30,371 nt of DNA, taken from NCBI GenBank assembly GCA_028281945.1, contig JANQIW010000095.1:1-30371 (forward strand), read 5' to 3'. Positions 17,935 to 27,369 of this stretch are shown here, one piece after another; the first letter of the stretch is position 1, and each line of letters starts with the position of its first letter. The position numbers and the translations under genes are program-made. The DNA is from Prochloraceae cyanobacterium PL24a_bin.78 (GTDB lineage Bacteria; Cyanobacteriota; Cyanobacteriia; Cyanobacteriales; JANQIW01). Below the pieces are notes generated by a model, which was not told the origin of the DNA, did no database searches, and was given only the letters and a program-made list of their open reading frames with translations.

Positions 17935-18180
17935 ATGAACTATACTGTTTTAGATAAGATTAATGAGAATCAAATTACGACTCAAGTACAAATTGAATTA
18001 CGTCAAAGAGATAGAAATTTTCAAGAAGTAGGATTGTTAGGAGTTAATTTAGAAGGATTAGATTTAAGTCAAATAGATTTAAAAGAAGTAAAGTTGTCTA
18101 ATGGAAAACTGATAAAAGTGTTATTGATATTTTTTATTTATATAGTTGTTCTTGGATATTCTTATTCTAAATGTGTTTGA
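17935..18180 (+). CDS. Truncated pentapeptide-repeat paralog with a hydrophobic C-terminal anchor
   Basis: The N-terminus 'MNYTVLDKINENQITTQVQIELRQRDRNFQEVGLLGVNLEGLDLSQIDL' aligns with the N-terminus of the 17329 protein ('MNDQELTELINKQIVAEIRNRYIQGERDFQGAQLQGINLSGLNLAGVDL'). It ends in a TM-like tail 'LIKVLLIFFIYIVVLGY'. Start chosen at the internal Met. No clear SD. Confidence 0.4.
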   Translation: MNYTVLDKINENQITTQVQIELRQRDRNFQEVGLLGVNLEGLDLSQIDLKEVKLSNGKLIKVLLIFFIYIVVLGYSYSKCV

Positions 18181-18243
18181 AGTTATTGATTGATTTTTAT
18201 TATATATTTTGATGTATTTAAACAGAAGATAGAGGGGGTTGAT

Positions 18244-18444
18244 ATGAAAGAAGTGTCTTCACAAATTATTAGTTTAGTTGAAAGTCTAAGAGATAAACAA
18301 CAAGATAGATTAACTATTACAAGTCATCTGGCTGATAAAATTCATAAAGTGCAAATCTTACTTGAAGAAAATTCCATTTTAGAGGCAAAAAAAATCATTG
18401 CTGATGCCTTACAAGAGTGTGAAGAGTTAATTAGAATAGTTTAA
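18244..18444 (+). CDS. Small helical protein (~66 aa), paralog A of an uncharacterised family
   Basis: Start taken at 'MKEVSS' preceded by the strong SD 'agagggggttgatATG'. Paralogous to the 18784 ORF. Confidence 0.45.
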   Translation: MKEVSSQIISLVESLRDKQQDRLTITSHLADKIHKVQILLEENSILEAKKIIADALQECEELIRIV

Positions 18445-18783
18445 TTCTAGAAAATAAATTTTTATTTTTATAAAAATTAAGACTTGATTTTGTCTTGGAA
18501 AATAATTAAAGTTATACTACAAAGTAACCTAGTAGTTTCAACTATTTGTTAAACTGAATTTTTTAAAATTTGTTAAAATATGCTAGAATCTGGTAAAGAT
18601 TTAGTAAAGATTTAGTGTGTATTTTAGAGAAAAAAATTATACAGAAATCAAACATTAAGCAAACCTTTAAATATACATTAATATTGGATCATAGAAGGTA
18701 AATTTAGCACTACTATAGTAGTTAAATATACTCAGATTGACTTAACTAATAAAATTCAAAAAAATCATTAGGGAGATGATAAA

Positions 18784-18984
18784 ATGGATAACTTATCTAA
18801 TAGTTTAGAATTTTTAGCCAATACTATCAAAGAAAATAAGCAGGAAAGATTCACTAGATTAACTCAACTTGCAGATACAATGTATCAAGCAAAAATTTTA
18901 CTAAAGGAAGGAAAAAATAATGAGGCGGAAGAGTTTATAGAAATGGCAATTGATAATTGTCAAAAGATTTTATTAATAGGTTAA
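18784..18984 (+). CDS. Small helical protein (~66 aa), paralog B
   Basis: SD 'tagggagatgataaaATG'. Aligns with paralog A: 'KQQDRLTITSHLADKIHKVQILLEE...EAKKII..A...C' against 'KQERFTRLTQLADTMYQAKILLKE...EAEEFI..A...C'. Confidence 0.45.
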   Translation: MDNLSNSLEFLANTIKENKQERFTRLTQLADTMYQAKILLKEGKNNEAEEFIEMAIDNCQKILLIG

Positions 18985-19007
18985 GAGTTATATTAATAAT
19001 TAAATTT

Positions 19008-19460
19008 TTAATTCCATCCATAAGGGCGTAGATTATTAAAATTAATCACATCAATTTCTACTCGCCCAAGATAATTGGCTAATTTTAAATCATCGGTTAA
19101 AACTAGATATTTTTGAGGAATTGATAATTCAATAATTCCACAATCTGTTAAACCAAATTTAGCAAATTTATTATTTGTACTTACCTCTTTACTTTCTAGA
19201 TAAACTTCGTTTAATTTGGTTATTTTCTAAGCTAAAATAGATAAACATTTTCCTCTTTCTGGTTCTGCTAATTGATTAGTTAAACTATTTACTTCTGTTA
19301 AAATATTAGGCGTTGTAACGATTTTTTGAAAATTAGATATCACTATTAATAAAGTATCGTAATCTTTTGGAATAAATGTATTAGTTCCTTTAAACTTAGA
19401 GCTAATTTATAAAGTAAATCTTAAGCCGCAAATTTGTTGAGCATTAAACGAATCATACAT
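19008..19460 (-). pseudogene. Degenerate PIN-like (VapC-type) nuclease ORF with two in-frame stops
   Basis: Hand translation of the minus strand gives 'MYDSFNAQQICGLRFTL*ISSKFKGTNTFIPKDYDTLLIVISNFQKIVTTPNILTEVNSLTNQLAEPERGKCLSILA*KITKLNEVYLESKEVSTNNKFAKFGLTDCGIIELSIPQKYLVLTDDLKLANYLGRVEIDVINFNNLRPYGWN*'. 'ILTEV' and 'LTDDL' resemble PIN acidic motifs. The family call is tentative. Confidence 0.3.
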
Positions 19461-19786
19461 ATATAGGGCAAGCTTACAAAGTACAAAAATCTAATCTGAT
19501 GTCCAGAAAGCTTATGGGGTAAAGGTTTGTTTCTATAGGGATACCCCGATTTGGAAACAAATTTTAGGGATAATGGTCACGTTTTTTGGGGGTTAAAGGT
19601 TATAGCGAAAGCACTTTTTTTGTTTAAAAAAGCTTGAAATCCGCAATGCAGCAATGATTCTATACTCGTTCAGCAAGCCCTAAGCTATTCCTTGTGATGA
19701 GTGTCAAAAATAAAAGAAGCAAAAAAATGTTCTACTTTAGTAAGATAGAAGTCAAAGATGAAAACATTTTATAAACCAAGAGTAAT

Positions 19787-20638
19787 ATGACCAATTTAGT
19801 GATGCCACCAGAACGTAAATTCGGCTGGGAACTGAAACCAACTTTGTCAACCTATTTTGATATTCATAAACGGCAAAATGGACAGTTTTGTGTTGTTTTG
19901 AATCATTCTCTACTTCGAGGAGTCAAGTCAGAGATGATTCATTGGTGGTTTAGACACTTTCCAACCATTAAAGTAAGACTAGAGGATGTTAAAGGATATG
20001 AAAACAAGGTGGTGCCAGCATATTTGCTGTGGCATCCCTCGGATCATTATAGCGTATCATTGGAAGGACCCCTCGGACCTGGCAATACAGCACAAGCAAG
20101 GGCTACTATTCATATCAGAGAAGCCATGCAGTACTTGAAATACGGCTGGAAGTATAAAGTAGATAACAAAGTGAAAATTTTTTATTGCGGGCCAGACGGT
20201 TGGGCAATGGGTAGTTCCATCCCAATGTTGGGAACAGTAATGGTTCTTCGTATTCATTTTAAAGATGTTATCGAAAATGAGACAGTCATTGGAGTACATT
20301 ATCATTATGAGGTGGTCATTGGTTTGAGTGCAGATAATTTCATAGCACGGCAACTCAATAAAAAAATTACTCATCATTTTTCACCAGAATTTTTCTCAGC
20401 ATGGCATTTGCACAATACTATTGAAGTAGGTGTGTTTGAGAATTTTCTACCAAGACTATATGCACAACGCCATGATTTAGACAATTTACATTATGCTTTG
20501 GAGATGAATCCCGATTTGTCCTCCCCGGCAACACTGACGGGATTCAATAAAACCCTCTTTGAACAACGATTAGAAGGTTATAAGAAAACAGATGATCCAT
20601 TTTCTTTCCAGCAATTCAAAAGTGAGACCTTTCTTTAA
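19787..20638 (+). CDS. Hypothetical His-rich protein, probably horizontally acquired
   Basis: 283 aa. Local GC is about 42% against a background near 30%. Several His clusters ('HWWFRHF', 'GVHYHYEV', 'WHLHNT') suggest metal binding. The upstream 'caagagtaatATG' has no strong SD. I could not assign the family from memory. Confidence 0.55.
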   Translation: MTNLVMPPERKFGWELKPTLSTYFDIHKRQNGQFCVVLNHSLLRGVKSEMIHWWFRHFPTIKVRLEDVKGYENKVVPAYLLWHPSDHYSVSLEGPLGPGNTAQARATIHIREAMQYLKYGWKYKVDNKVKIFYCGPDGWAMGSSIPMLGTVMVLRIHFKDVIENETVIGVHYHYEVVIGLSADNFIARQLNKKITHHFSPEFFSAWHLHNTIEVGVFENFLPRLYAQRHDLDNLHYALEMNPDLSSPATLTGFNKTLFEQRLEGYKKTDDPFSFQQFKSETFL

Positions 20639-20836
20639 CCCTTTGCTACCCCTTAAAACAAGATTAAATTTATTCAAAGTACTAATTTTTTGGTGTGCAC
20701 ATTTTTTCTCTTAGCAATATGATCTCGATTTACCATTCCAACTAACCAAAGCAATAAAATATTAGGATCAATTAATATTCCTTTTGAGCTATATTTTTTA
20801 AATAGTTTTTTCCAATAATCCATCATCAAAAATTTA

Positions 20837-21133
20837 TCATAAATTTCTAATTTTCATCGATAATACTTTGCCATTTTTAGCATCAACTTTAAACACTTTA
20901 TCAACTCTTTCATATTGAGGTATAGGTGTTAAATCTCCTAAAGGATTTGCTTCTTTAGAAATAAGAGATAAAAAACTTAAAGTAATTAACCAAAATGATT
21001 CATCTTCAGATAATTCAATTTCTTCTAACCTAACATCTTGGATACTTTGGCTTAATTGATTTTGTAAAGAGTTTAAATATTTTTTCACTTGCAAAACTGC
21101 TTTAGTGAGATCTATTTTTGACTCAGTTTCCAT
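20837..21133 (-). CDS. Hypothetical small protein (possible PepSY-like C-terminus)
   Basis: 98 aa. The C-terminus 'YERVDKVFKVDAKNGKVLSMKIRNL' resembles PepSY-type beta-hairpin motifs. SD 'ggagat' lies upstream. Confidence 0.4.
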   Translation of the reverse strand: METESKIDLTKAVLQVKKYLNSLQNQLSQSIQDVRLEEIELSEDESFWLITLSFLSLISKEANPLGDLTPIPQYERVDKVFKVDAKNGKVLSMKIRNL

Positions 21134-21207
21134 GAAAGAATCTCCTAAAATTTAGTGCTGATTTACTTATTAATCTCAATGGTTGTTCAATAACTACTTA
21201 TCAATAT

Positions 21208-21627
21208 TTAGTTACTCTGACAATATTGATTCATTTTATTAACTAAAGCTTCTTCGTTTTTACTAATATTTATTAATTCTGTTTTAAGAGAAATAGCCTC
21301 ATCCAAATTTTTATTTTTAAAAGCTTCTACAAAATTTTGAGTAGCTTTTCCATTACGTTGATATATTTCGGCAAAATCCTGTTTGTATTGTTGTAATTTT
21401 TCATCTTCAATACTAATGCTATTCATTTCTTTAGCAGCTTCTTCAAAAGCATCGGCAACCTTGAGAATTTCTGGAAGGTTTTTAGTTTCTAGATATTGGT
21501 TACTTTCATCAGCGATACTAATAGTAACGTCAATAATCTTTTGACATTGTTCAAATTTTGAATTGCTACAACTAACAGTAACAAAAGCTGAAATTAAGAT
21601 AGTAAAAACAACTCTCCAATTCATCAT
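21208..21627 (-). CDS. Hypothetical exported or lipoprotein
   Basis: 139 aa. N-terminal signal 'MMNWRVVFTILISAFVTVSCS' with a marginal lipobox. SD 'aggagt' lies upstream. Confidence 0.5.
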   Translation of the reverse strand: MMNWRVVFTILISAFVTVSCSNSKFEQCQKIIDVTISIADESNQYLETKNLPEILKVADAFEEAAKEMNSISIEDEKLQQYKQDFAEIYQRNGKATQNFVEAFKNKNLDEAISLKTELINISKNEEALVNKMNQYCQSN

Positions 21628-21771
21628 TTAACTCCTAATTTATTTTTTATTTAAATCAAATATTTATATTGTTAATTTTGGGATTATTAAGATTATCAAG
21701 ACTTAAATATCCAAACATGGTAAATTTTTTGAGATTTTATTGTTAATAATCTATTCTAACAATTATCCACT

Positions 21772-22770
21772 CTAACCATGACGTTTTTGATGCCATTGCC
21801 AAGCATGATTAATGATAGTATTTAAGTCAGGATATTGAGGTTTCCAACCTAAAATATGAGTCGCTTTATAAGAGCTTCCTACTAAAATTGGTGCATCTCC
21901 TGGGCGACGCTCGCTTTCATGAGCAATAATCTTTTTCCCTGTTACTTGACGAGCATTTTCAATGACTTCTTTTACAGAGAAACCATTCCCATTTCCTAAG
22001 TTAAAAACATCACTTTTGCCTCCATCTAAAAGATATTTTAATCCCAAAATATGAGCATCAGCTATATCACTAACATGGATATAATCTCTAATAGCAGTGC
22101 CATCAGGAGTTGGATAATCTGTGCCAAAAATATACAAACATTCTCGCTTATTTAAAGCAGTTAAAAGAGTTAAAGGGATAAGATGAGTTTCTGGATGATG
22201 ATCTTCTCCTAATAAACCACTTTTATCGGCACCAGAAGCATTAAAATAACGAAAAGTAATTGATTTTAAACCATAAGCTCGATCAAAATCAGCCAAAATG
22301 GTTTCGATGGTATCTTTAGTAGCTGCATAGGGAGATAAGGGATTGTGTGGATGGGATTCTGTCATGGGAATTTCTTCAGGCATTCCATAAATAGCACAAG
22401 TAGAAGAAAAGACAAAATTCTTGATTCCATGAGCTATCATTGCTTCTAAAAGTGTTAAAGTTCCAGTTACATTGTTACGATAATATTTGGCTGGATTACT
22501 AACAGATTCTCCTACTACAATATAAGCAGCAAAATGCATTACGGCAATAATATTACGAGTAGAAAATAGTTGATCTAAACAAGCTCGATCGTTAGTATCA
22601 CCTACTATTAATTCAGCCTTCAAAACATCTTTAACAATTTCTGGATGACCGGCAGATAGATTATCTAACACAATCACTTCATAACCAGCTTCTAGTAAAG
22701 CTAATACAGCATGAGAACCAATATAACCTGCTCCTCCAGTGACTAACACTGTTTCTTTTCCTTCTGACAT
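21772..22770 (-). CDS. galE: UDP-glucose 4-epimerase
   Basis: 332 aa. Rossmann 'VLVTGGAGYIGSH', catalytic 'YAATK' (YxxxK), overall SDR-extended GalE architecture. SD 'gaggaat' lies upstream. Confidence 0.9.
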   Translation of the reverse strand: MSEGKETVLVTGGAGYIGSHAVLALLEAGYEVIVLDNLSAGHPEIVKDVLKAELIVGDTNDRACLDQLFSTRNIIAVMHFAAYIVVGESVSNPAKYYRNNVTGTLTLLEAMIAHGIKNFVFSSTCAIYGMPEEIPMTESHPHNPLSPYAATKDTIETILADFDRAYGLKSITFRYFNASGADKSGLLGEDHHPETHLIPLTLLTALNKRECLYIFGTDYPTPDGTAIRDYIHVSDIADAHILGLKYLLDGGKSDVFNLGNGNGFSVKEVIENARQVTGKKIIAHESERRPGDAPILVGSSYKATHILGWKPQYPDLNTIINHAWQWHQKRHG

Positions 22771-23000
22771 TTTTATTCCTCACACATTAATATTTGCAAG
22801 CTAAAGTCATTAATTAGTTATTAATTAGCTAATAATTATTAATCTTTAATTATTAATGATTGAATTTTTATTTACTAACTAACAACAATAAAGTGTTAAG
22901 TTAATATTTTATCCTCAAATAGGATGACAATAGATGCCTTACTATTATATCATTATTGATAGTTTTATGCTATAATTAATGTTGAAACATAAATATTAAT

Positions 23001-24533
23001 ATGCTAGAAAAACTCGATTTAAAACTCTCTTTAGAAAAAGCTTCTTATAAAGCCGAATTAAACAAATTAATGCCTCAGTTGCGATGGCTACAAAGTAGTT
23101 GTTGGCAGTATAAATTACCGGTAATTATTGTTTTAGAAGGCTGGGCGGCAGCAGGAAAAGGAATTATTGTTAAGAAAATAGTTAAATATATGGATCCTCG
23201 TGGATTCACTTTACATCCTATTTTACCACCTACAAATTCTGAGGAAGAGTATCCTTTTTTATGGAGATTTTGGCAAAAACTTCCTCCCATTGGTAAGTTT
23301 TCTTTGTTTTATCATAGTTGGTATATCAATGTTTTAGAAGCTCGTTTATTCAATAATTTGCCTCCTTCCCAAGTTTCATGGAGAATGAATGATATTAATG
23401 CTTTTGAAAGTCAACTAATAGATGGCGGCGTAACTATCATTAAATTTTGGATTCATTTGAGCCATGAAGAATTAAAACATCGACTCAAAAAATATGCTAA
23501 TGATAAACTTCAAGGGTGGCGAATTAGAAAAGAAGATTGGCAACAAGCTCAAAATTACGATAAATATCTTGAGTTAGTAGAAGATATGCTGGTTAATACT
23601 CATACAAAAGCTGCACCTTGGCAGTTAATCGAAGGAGATTGTAAATATTGGGCAAGGATTAAAGTAGTTTCGGAATTGGTGATTAGGATTACTGAAGCAT
23701 TACAACAGCATAAAATAGGTTTAGTAGAAAAAGAAAAAGTAAAAACCACACCAAATTTATCATTAGATTCAGATTTTATCAAAGACGATTTCCCTAAATT
23801 ACCGAGCTTTTTAGATCAAGTAAATTTAAATTTAAGTTTAGAAGAGACAAAATATCACCATCGCTTAAGTTTGGCTCAAGTTAAATTACGACAAATACAA
23901 CTTAAAATTCATCAAGCTAAAATTCCTGTATTAATTTTATTTGAAGGTTGGGATGCTGCTGGTAAAGGTGGAGCGATAAAACATCTCACTAGAATTTTGG
24001 ATCCTCGCAGTTATCAAGTTCATCCTTTTGGTGCACCCAATGAGGAGGAGAAAAAATATCACTATCTCTGGCGTTTTTGGCAGAAATTACCCCCGAAAGG
24101 AACTATCGGAATCTTCGATCGCACTTGGTATGGCAGAGTTTTGGTTGAAAGAGTAGAAGGTTTAGCGACACAAGAGGAATGGATGAGAGCTTATGAGGAA
24201 ATTAATCAGTTTGAAGCCCAATTAATTCATGAAGGATATTTAATCGTAAAATTTTGGCTACATATTAGTCAAGAAGAGCAACTAGAAAGATTTCAAAATC
24301 GAGCAAAAGATCCATTAAAAAGTTATAAATTAACTGAGGAAGATTGGCGCAATCGAGAAAAATGGGATAAGTATTTTATTGCTATTAATCAGGCTATTGC
24401 TCGTACTAATACGCCTCAAGCTCCTTGGAATCTTGTTCCTGGAAATGATAAATATTTGGCAAGAGTTTATGTTATAGAAACAGTAATTGATGCTATTAAG
24501 AAAGCTCTTAAAAAGAAAAACCATAAAAATTGA
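23001..24533 (+). CDS. ppk2: Two-domain polyphosphate kinase 2 (PPK2; polyphosphate:AMP/nucleotide phosphotransferase type)
   Basis: 510 aa with duplicated PPK2 domains, each carrying a Walker A ('VLEGWAAAGKG', 'LFEGWDAAGKGG') and a 'WRFWQKLPP' lid motif. Confidence 0.9.
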   Translation: MLEKLDLKLSLEKASYKAELNKLMPQLRWLQSSCWQYKLPVIIVLEGWAAAGKGIIVKKIVKYMDPRGFTLHPILPPTNSEEEYPFLWRFWQKLPPIGKFSLFYHSWYINVLEARLFNNLPPSQVSWRMNDINAFESQLIDGGVTIIKFWIHLSHEELKHRLKKYANDKLQGWRIRKEDWQQAQNYDKYLELVEDMLVNTHTKAAPWQLIEGDCKYWARIKVVSELVIRITEALQQHKIGLVEKEKVKTTPNLSLDSDFIKDDFPKLPSFLDQVNLNLSLEETKYHHRLSLAQVKLRQIQLKIHQAKIPVLILFEGWDAAGKGGAIKHLTRILDPRSYQVHPFGAPNEEEKKYHYLWRFWQKLPPKGTIGIFDRTWYGRVLVERVEGLATQEEWMRAYEEINQFEAQLIHEGYLIVKFWLHISQEEQLERFQNRAKDPLKSYKLTEEDWRNREKWDKYFIAINQAIARTNTPQAPWNLVPGNDKYLARVYVIETVIDAIKKALKKKNHKN

Positions 24534-24699
24534 GAGTTTTCTTAATAAATAGATTTAATTTTTTTGTATAACAAAAATAAATTTTCATTAGCTAAAAATA
24601 TTAATGAATTTTAATAAAACTTAAATCTAATACTAAGAAAGTCTTGAACGATGATAGAGTTAAAAGTATCAAAAATTAGTGGATTCTCGACCTAAAACT

Positions 24700-24800
24700 T
24701 ATCTCCCTTGTCCTCCTTGTCCCCCTTGTCTTCCTTGTCTAACCGTGCCCAAGTATATTATGGTTTTGGAAAAATGATATTGTCTTCCTTGTCTCTTCCT
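24700..24800. repeat. Short pyrimidine-rich direct repeats (CCTTGTC heptamer x5 or more; 15-mer TTGTCTTCCTTGTCT x2)
   Basis: 'tctcccttgtcctccttgtcccccttgtcttccttgtct' at 24706-24747, with a second 'ttgtcttccttgtct' at 24781-24795. ORF 24708-24944 is probably a translation artefact of the repeat. Confidence 0.6.
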
Positions 24801-25014
24801 CACCTTTGGCGTAGCCTCTGGGTAAGCAGAAGTCTATCTTACTTTTGGAAAATTGATATAAGGGAACATTTTTCCATTGAAAAGAGTCAATATATACCAA
24901 AGAAGAATGAAATTCTCCTTGAATATGATAAAGTCAAAATTTGATACAATAGTAGTCAACTAATAGTAATGCAAAAGAGTTTAACCTTCAAACCTAAATT
25001 AGGAGGGAAAAATT

Positions 25015-25584
25015 ATGAAAATATTTAATCTTAAAAACAATTGCCCTCAGTCAACAACAGACAAAACCCATGGGCAAACTAAACCGAAAAATAACCAACA
25101 ATTGTCATTTCAAAAGCTAAACAAAACACTCAAAGTATTTCTTGGAAGTACAATTTTAGCTGCCTCAACTTTGATGTTTGTCGATGTTAGCCCTAATTTA
25201 GCTCAATCTTGTAGAGCATTAGAAGTAGTCGGTGGTCAAGGGACTAAAGTAGATAAAAAAGTGACACCGCCAAGTGCTCCTCCTTTTTTCAGAAATAATT
25301 GGAATACTGATTTTCTAGTATCTAGAGATAGAAATTACTACAAGTACGTTTCTACCTTGATGCCAAAAGATAGTGGAGAATATAAAATTATGATGTTTCT
25401 TAAGTATAGTGATGATACCGCAGATCAAGTCTACGATCAAAAAATCACTTTAACAGAAGGAAAGCCTTTCTACATTACAGGTTCACCTCGTCGTAATGAT
25501 CAACCCTATCAAGTGAATGTCTTTGTTGGAGGCCTAACATCTGTAGGCAAATCTTATACTCTTTATGTAAATGGCTGTCGATAA
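25015..25584 (+). CDS. Hypothetical secreted protein
   Basis: 189 aa. Strong SD 'aggagggaaaaattATG'. Signal-peptide-like segment 'LGSTILAASTLMFVDVSPNLAQS' follows an unusually long ~40-aa polar N-region. Ends in 'YVNGCR'. Confidence 0.5.
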   Translation: MKIFNLKNNCPQSTTDKTHGQTKPKNNQQLSFQKLNKTLKVFLGSTILAASTLMFVDVSPNLAQSCRALEVVGGQGTKVDKKVTPPSAPPFFRNNWNTDFLVSRDRNYYKYVSTLMPKDSGEYKIMMFLKYSDDTADQVYDQKITLTEGKPFYITGSPRRNDQPYQVNVFVGGLTSVGKSYTLYVNGCR

Positions 25585-25690
25585 ATCAAGGGAATAATTA
25601 GGTTTATTAAATGATGCCAATATAGGTTATTTTATATTTTTTTAGAAGCTTTGAGTCGCTAAATTTACTTCATATCAAAAAAAAAAGAGA

Positions 25691-26821
25691 TTAATTAGCT
25701 TGATAAATTTTTAATCTTTCTTGATATTTAGCGACTAAAGACTTCATTGATTTGACATTTTGGTTATAATACCCCTTAGATAGATGAGAGTAACAAGTAA
25801 GGGAAGCCCAAACACGACAAGATTTAATAATAGCTTCTTTCAAATTACCTTGTTTTAATTTTCGCAGAGCACCTATCTCTTCTAATTTAGAAATAGCCCA
25901 TTTATCTTGTTCTTGAGGTGCAAAAGAAGTCATATTTTTGGCATTAAAATCCAAAATTTGATAGCGACCAAAAGCAGTAGAACAAGTTTTTTTCCCACTT
26001 TCGGTGATATAGGTAATACATTTTTCGGGATGAGTGGTTAAATCATCAACTATTTCCCCACCAAATAAAGTTTTATAACCTAAAGGATGGAGGGTTCCTT
26101 CTGCCCATGCAATGGTATCTAAAAATGCTTTTTCTTGGGGAGACAAAGAAGATAAAGCAGTAGTAGCTTTAGCAGGATTATATTTAATACTTATTTTCTC
26201 TTGATAAACTGGTTCTACCTGTTGAGTTTTTTGTTCTAATTTAGGATGAGGATTACGCTCGGATGATAGTGAGTTTAAACCAAAAGCAATACTAAATACA
26301 GAAGCCACCGCCATTGACATCATGCCAAGAGAAATTACCTTTTTTTTCTTTTTAAGATTTCTTTTATTGACTTTTGCTAAATCCTCTGGAATAGTAATAA
26401 CTATAAATTTGCCAGAATTTAAATTTTTCATAAAGAAACGTTTAGATCCTTGTAAATCTCGAGTATCCTTTAAGAGGAAATCTAGAATATTACCTTGAGA
26501 ATCTATTGCTTTATAAATATAGATATCTTGACCTTGAATAACTATTTTTCTTTCAACAACTTGCCAATCGGAAATTTTCTTGGCTTCATACTTCATTTTC
26601 TTAACTTGGGAAGAATAACGTCTAACTAAGGAAAAGAATGTGACACGATCGAGATCAAATCCCCTTTGAGACATGATCTTCTCAATTTTACGGTAGTTTT
26701 TATCGTAGTAAACATACCAGGCAACGCAAAGTAAGAGCATCTCTTCTTTTGTTTCTTTCCAAGAGCTTTTCAACTGAGCTTGGAGTTTATGATTATATTT
26801 ATTATTTAAAGTTGAACTCAT
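25691..26821 (-). CDS. Chimeric ORF: degenerate IS6-family transposase N-terminal fragment fused in frame to a SAR-type (signal-anchor) lambda-R-like lysozyme / lytic transglycosylase
   Basis: Residues ~28-140 'LLLCVAWYVYYDKNYRKIEKIMSQRGFDLDRV...WQVVERKIVIQGQDIYIYKAIDSQGNILDFLLKDTRDLQGSKRFFMKNL' align with the IS26 transposase block 'ILWAVRWYCKYGISYRELQEMLAERGVNVDHST...WHMDETYVKVNGRWAYLYRAVDSRGRTVDFYLSSRRNSKAAYRFLGKIL', but DETY reads VERK. A weakly hydrophobic A/G/S-rich TM 'MMSMAVASVFSIAFGL' follows. The C-terminus 'KAFLDTIAWAEGT...GYKTLFGGE...HP...CSTAFGRYQIL...AIIKSCRVWASL' matches lambda R endolysin 'KAFLDMLAWSEGT...GYDVIVGGE...HP...STGAGRYQLL...AIDRCSNIWASL'. Confidence 0.65.
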   Translation of the reverse strand: MSSTLNNKYNHKLQAQLKSSWKETKEEMLLLCVAWYVYYDKNYRKIEKIMSQRGFDLDRVTFFSLVRRYSSQVKKMKYEAKKISDWQVVERKIVIQGQDIYIYKAIDSQGNILDFLLKDTRDLQGSKRFFMKNLNSGKFIVITIPEDLAKVNKRNLKKKKKVISLGMMSMAVASVFSIAFGLNSLSSERNPHPKLEQKTQQVEPVYQEKISIKYNPAKATTALSSLSPQEKAFLDTIAWAEGTLHPLGYKTLFGGEIVDDLTTHPEKCITYITESGKKTCSTAFGRYQILDFNAKNMTSFAPQEQDKWAISKLEEIGALRKLKQGNLKEAIIKSCRVWASLTCYSHLSKGYYNQNVKSMKSLVAKYQERLKIYQAN

Positions 26822-27117
26822 TAAAATAAATCCTAAATTTTAAATATTTAAGCTTGGCTTATAGACTTAGAGTGGCTGATAGATAATACGGTATAAAAAA
26901 GTGTTCTTCAAACATCGAGAGATTGAGATACCAAATGTTAATTACTAAAAGCCTAACTGGTAAAGTAGGTTAAATCGACATAATCGAGATTCAGGGTAGT
27001 TTTCCAAGTCATTGTTTCAAATCAGTATGGTATTTCACCAAGCTATTAGGATTGTACCTTCTTAGGTGCTTTTTTTCAAAAAAGACTTTAATATATTTGA
27101 TTTAGCAAGTTCAGAAT

Positions 27118-27357
27118 TTACCAAGTCAGATCTAAATCAATCTTAACAGAAAGCTCAGATTTACCATAGGGAACAGCTGTAATACAACTACAAATACAAG
27201 TTCCATCATCTAATTCAACTTCACAGGCATGGCAAGATCCCATCAAACAACCTGTAGGAATAAAGACTCCTGCTTTTTGGGCGACTTCTAAGATAGATTC
27301 ACCGGGTTCTGCTTGGATTTCGATTTCATCAGGGAGAAAAGTAATTTTTACACTCAT
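27118..27357 (-). CDS. Small 2Fe-2S ferredoxin-like protein
   Basis: 79 aa. Cys pattern 'GCLMGSCHACEVEL...CICSCI' is a 2Fe-2S-type fold. Lies 12 bp downstream of cobQ on the same strand. Confidence 0.65.
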   Translation of the reverse strand: MSVKITFLPDEIEIQAEPGESILEVAQKAGVFIPTGCLMGSCHACEVELDDGTCICSCITAVPYGKSELSVKIDLDLTW

Positions 27358-27369
27358 TTTTTCTATAAT

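Noticed and set aside
24708-24944. 78-aa ORF 'MSSLSPLSSLS...'
   Set aside because: Its N-terminus is just the translation of the CCTTGTC repeat tract. No RBS.
27000-27117. Possible Rho-independent terminator 'ccttcttaggtgcttttttt' after the cobQ-ferredoxin operon
   Set aside because: The U-run is on the plus strand while the operon is on the minus strand. The stem is only 3 bp. Not convincing.
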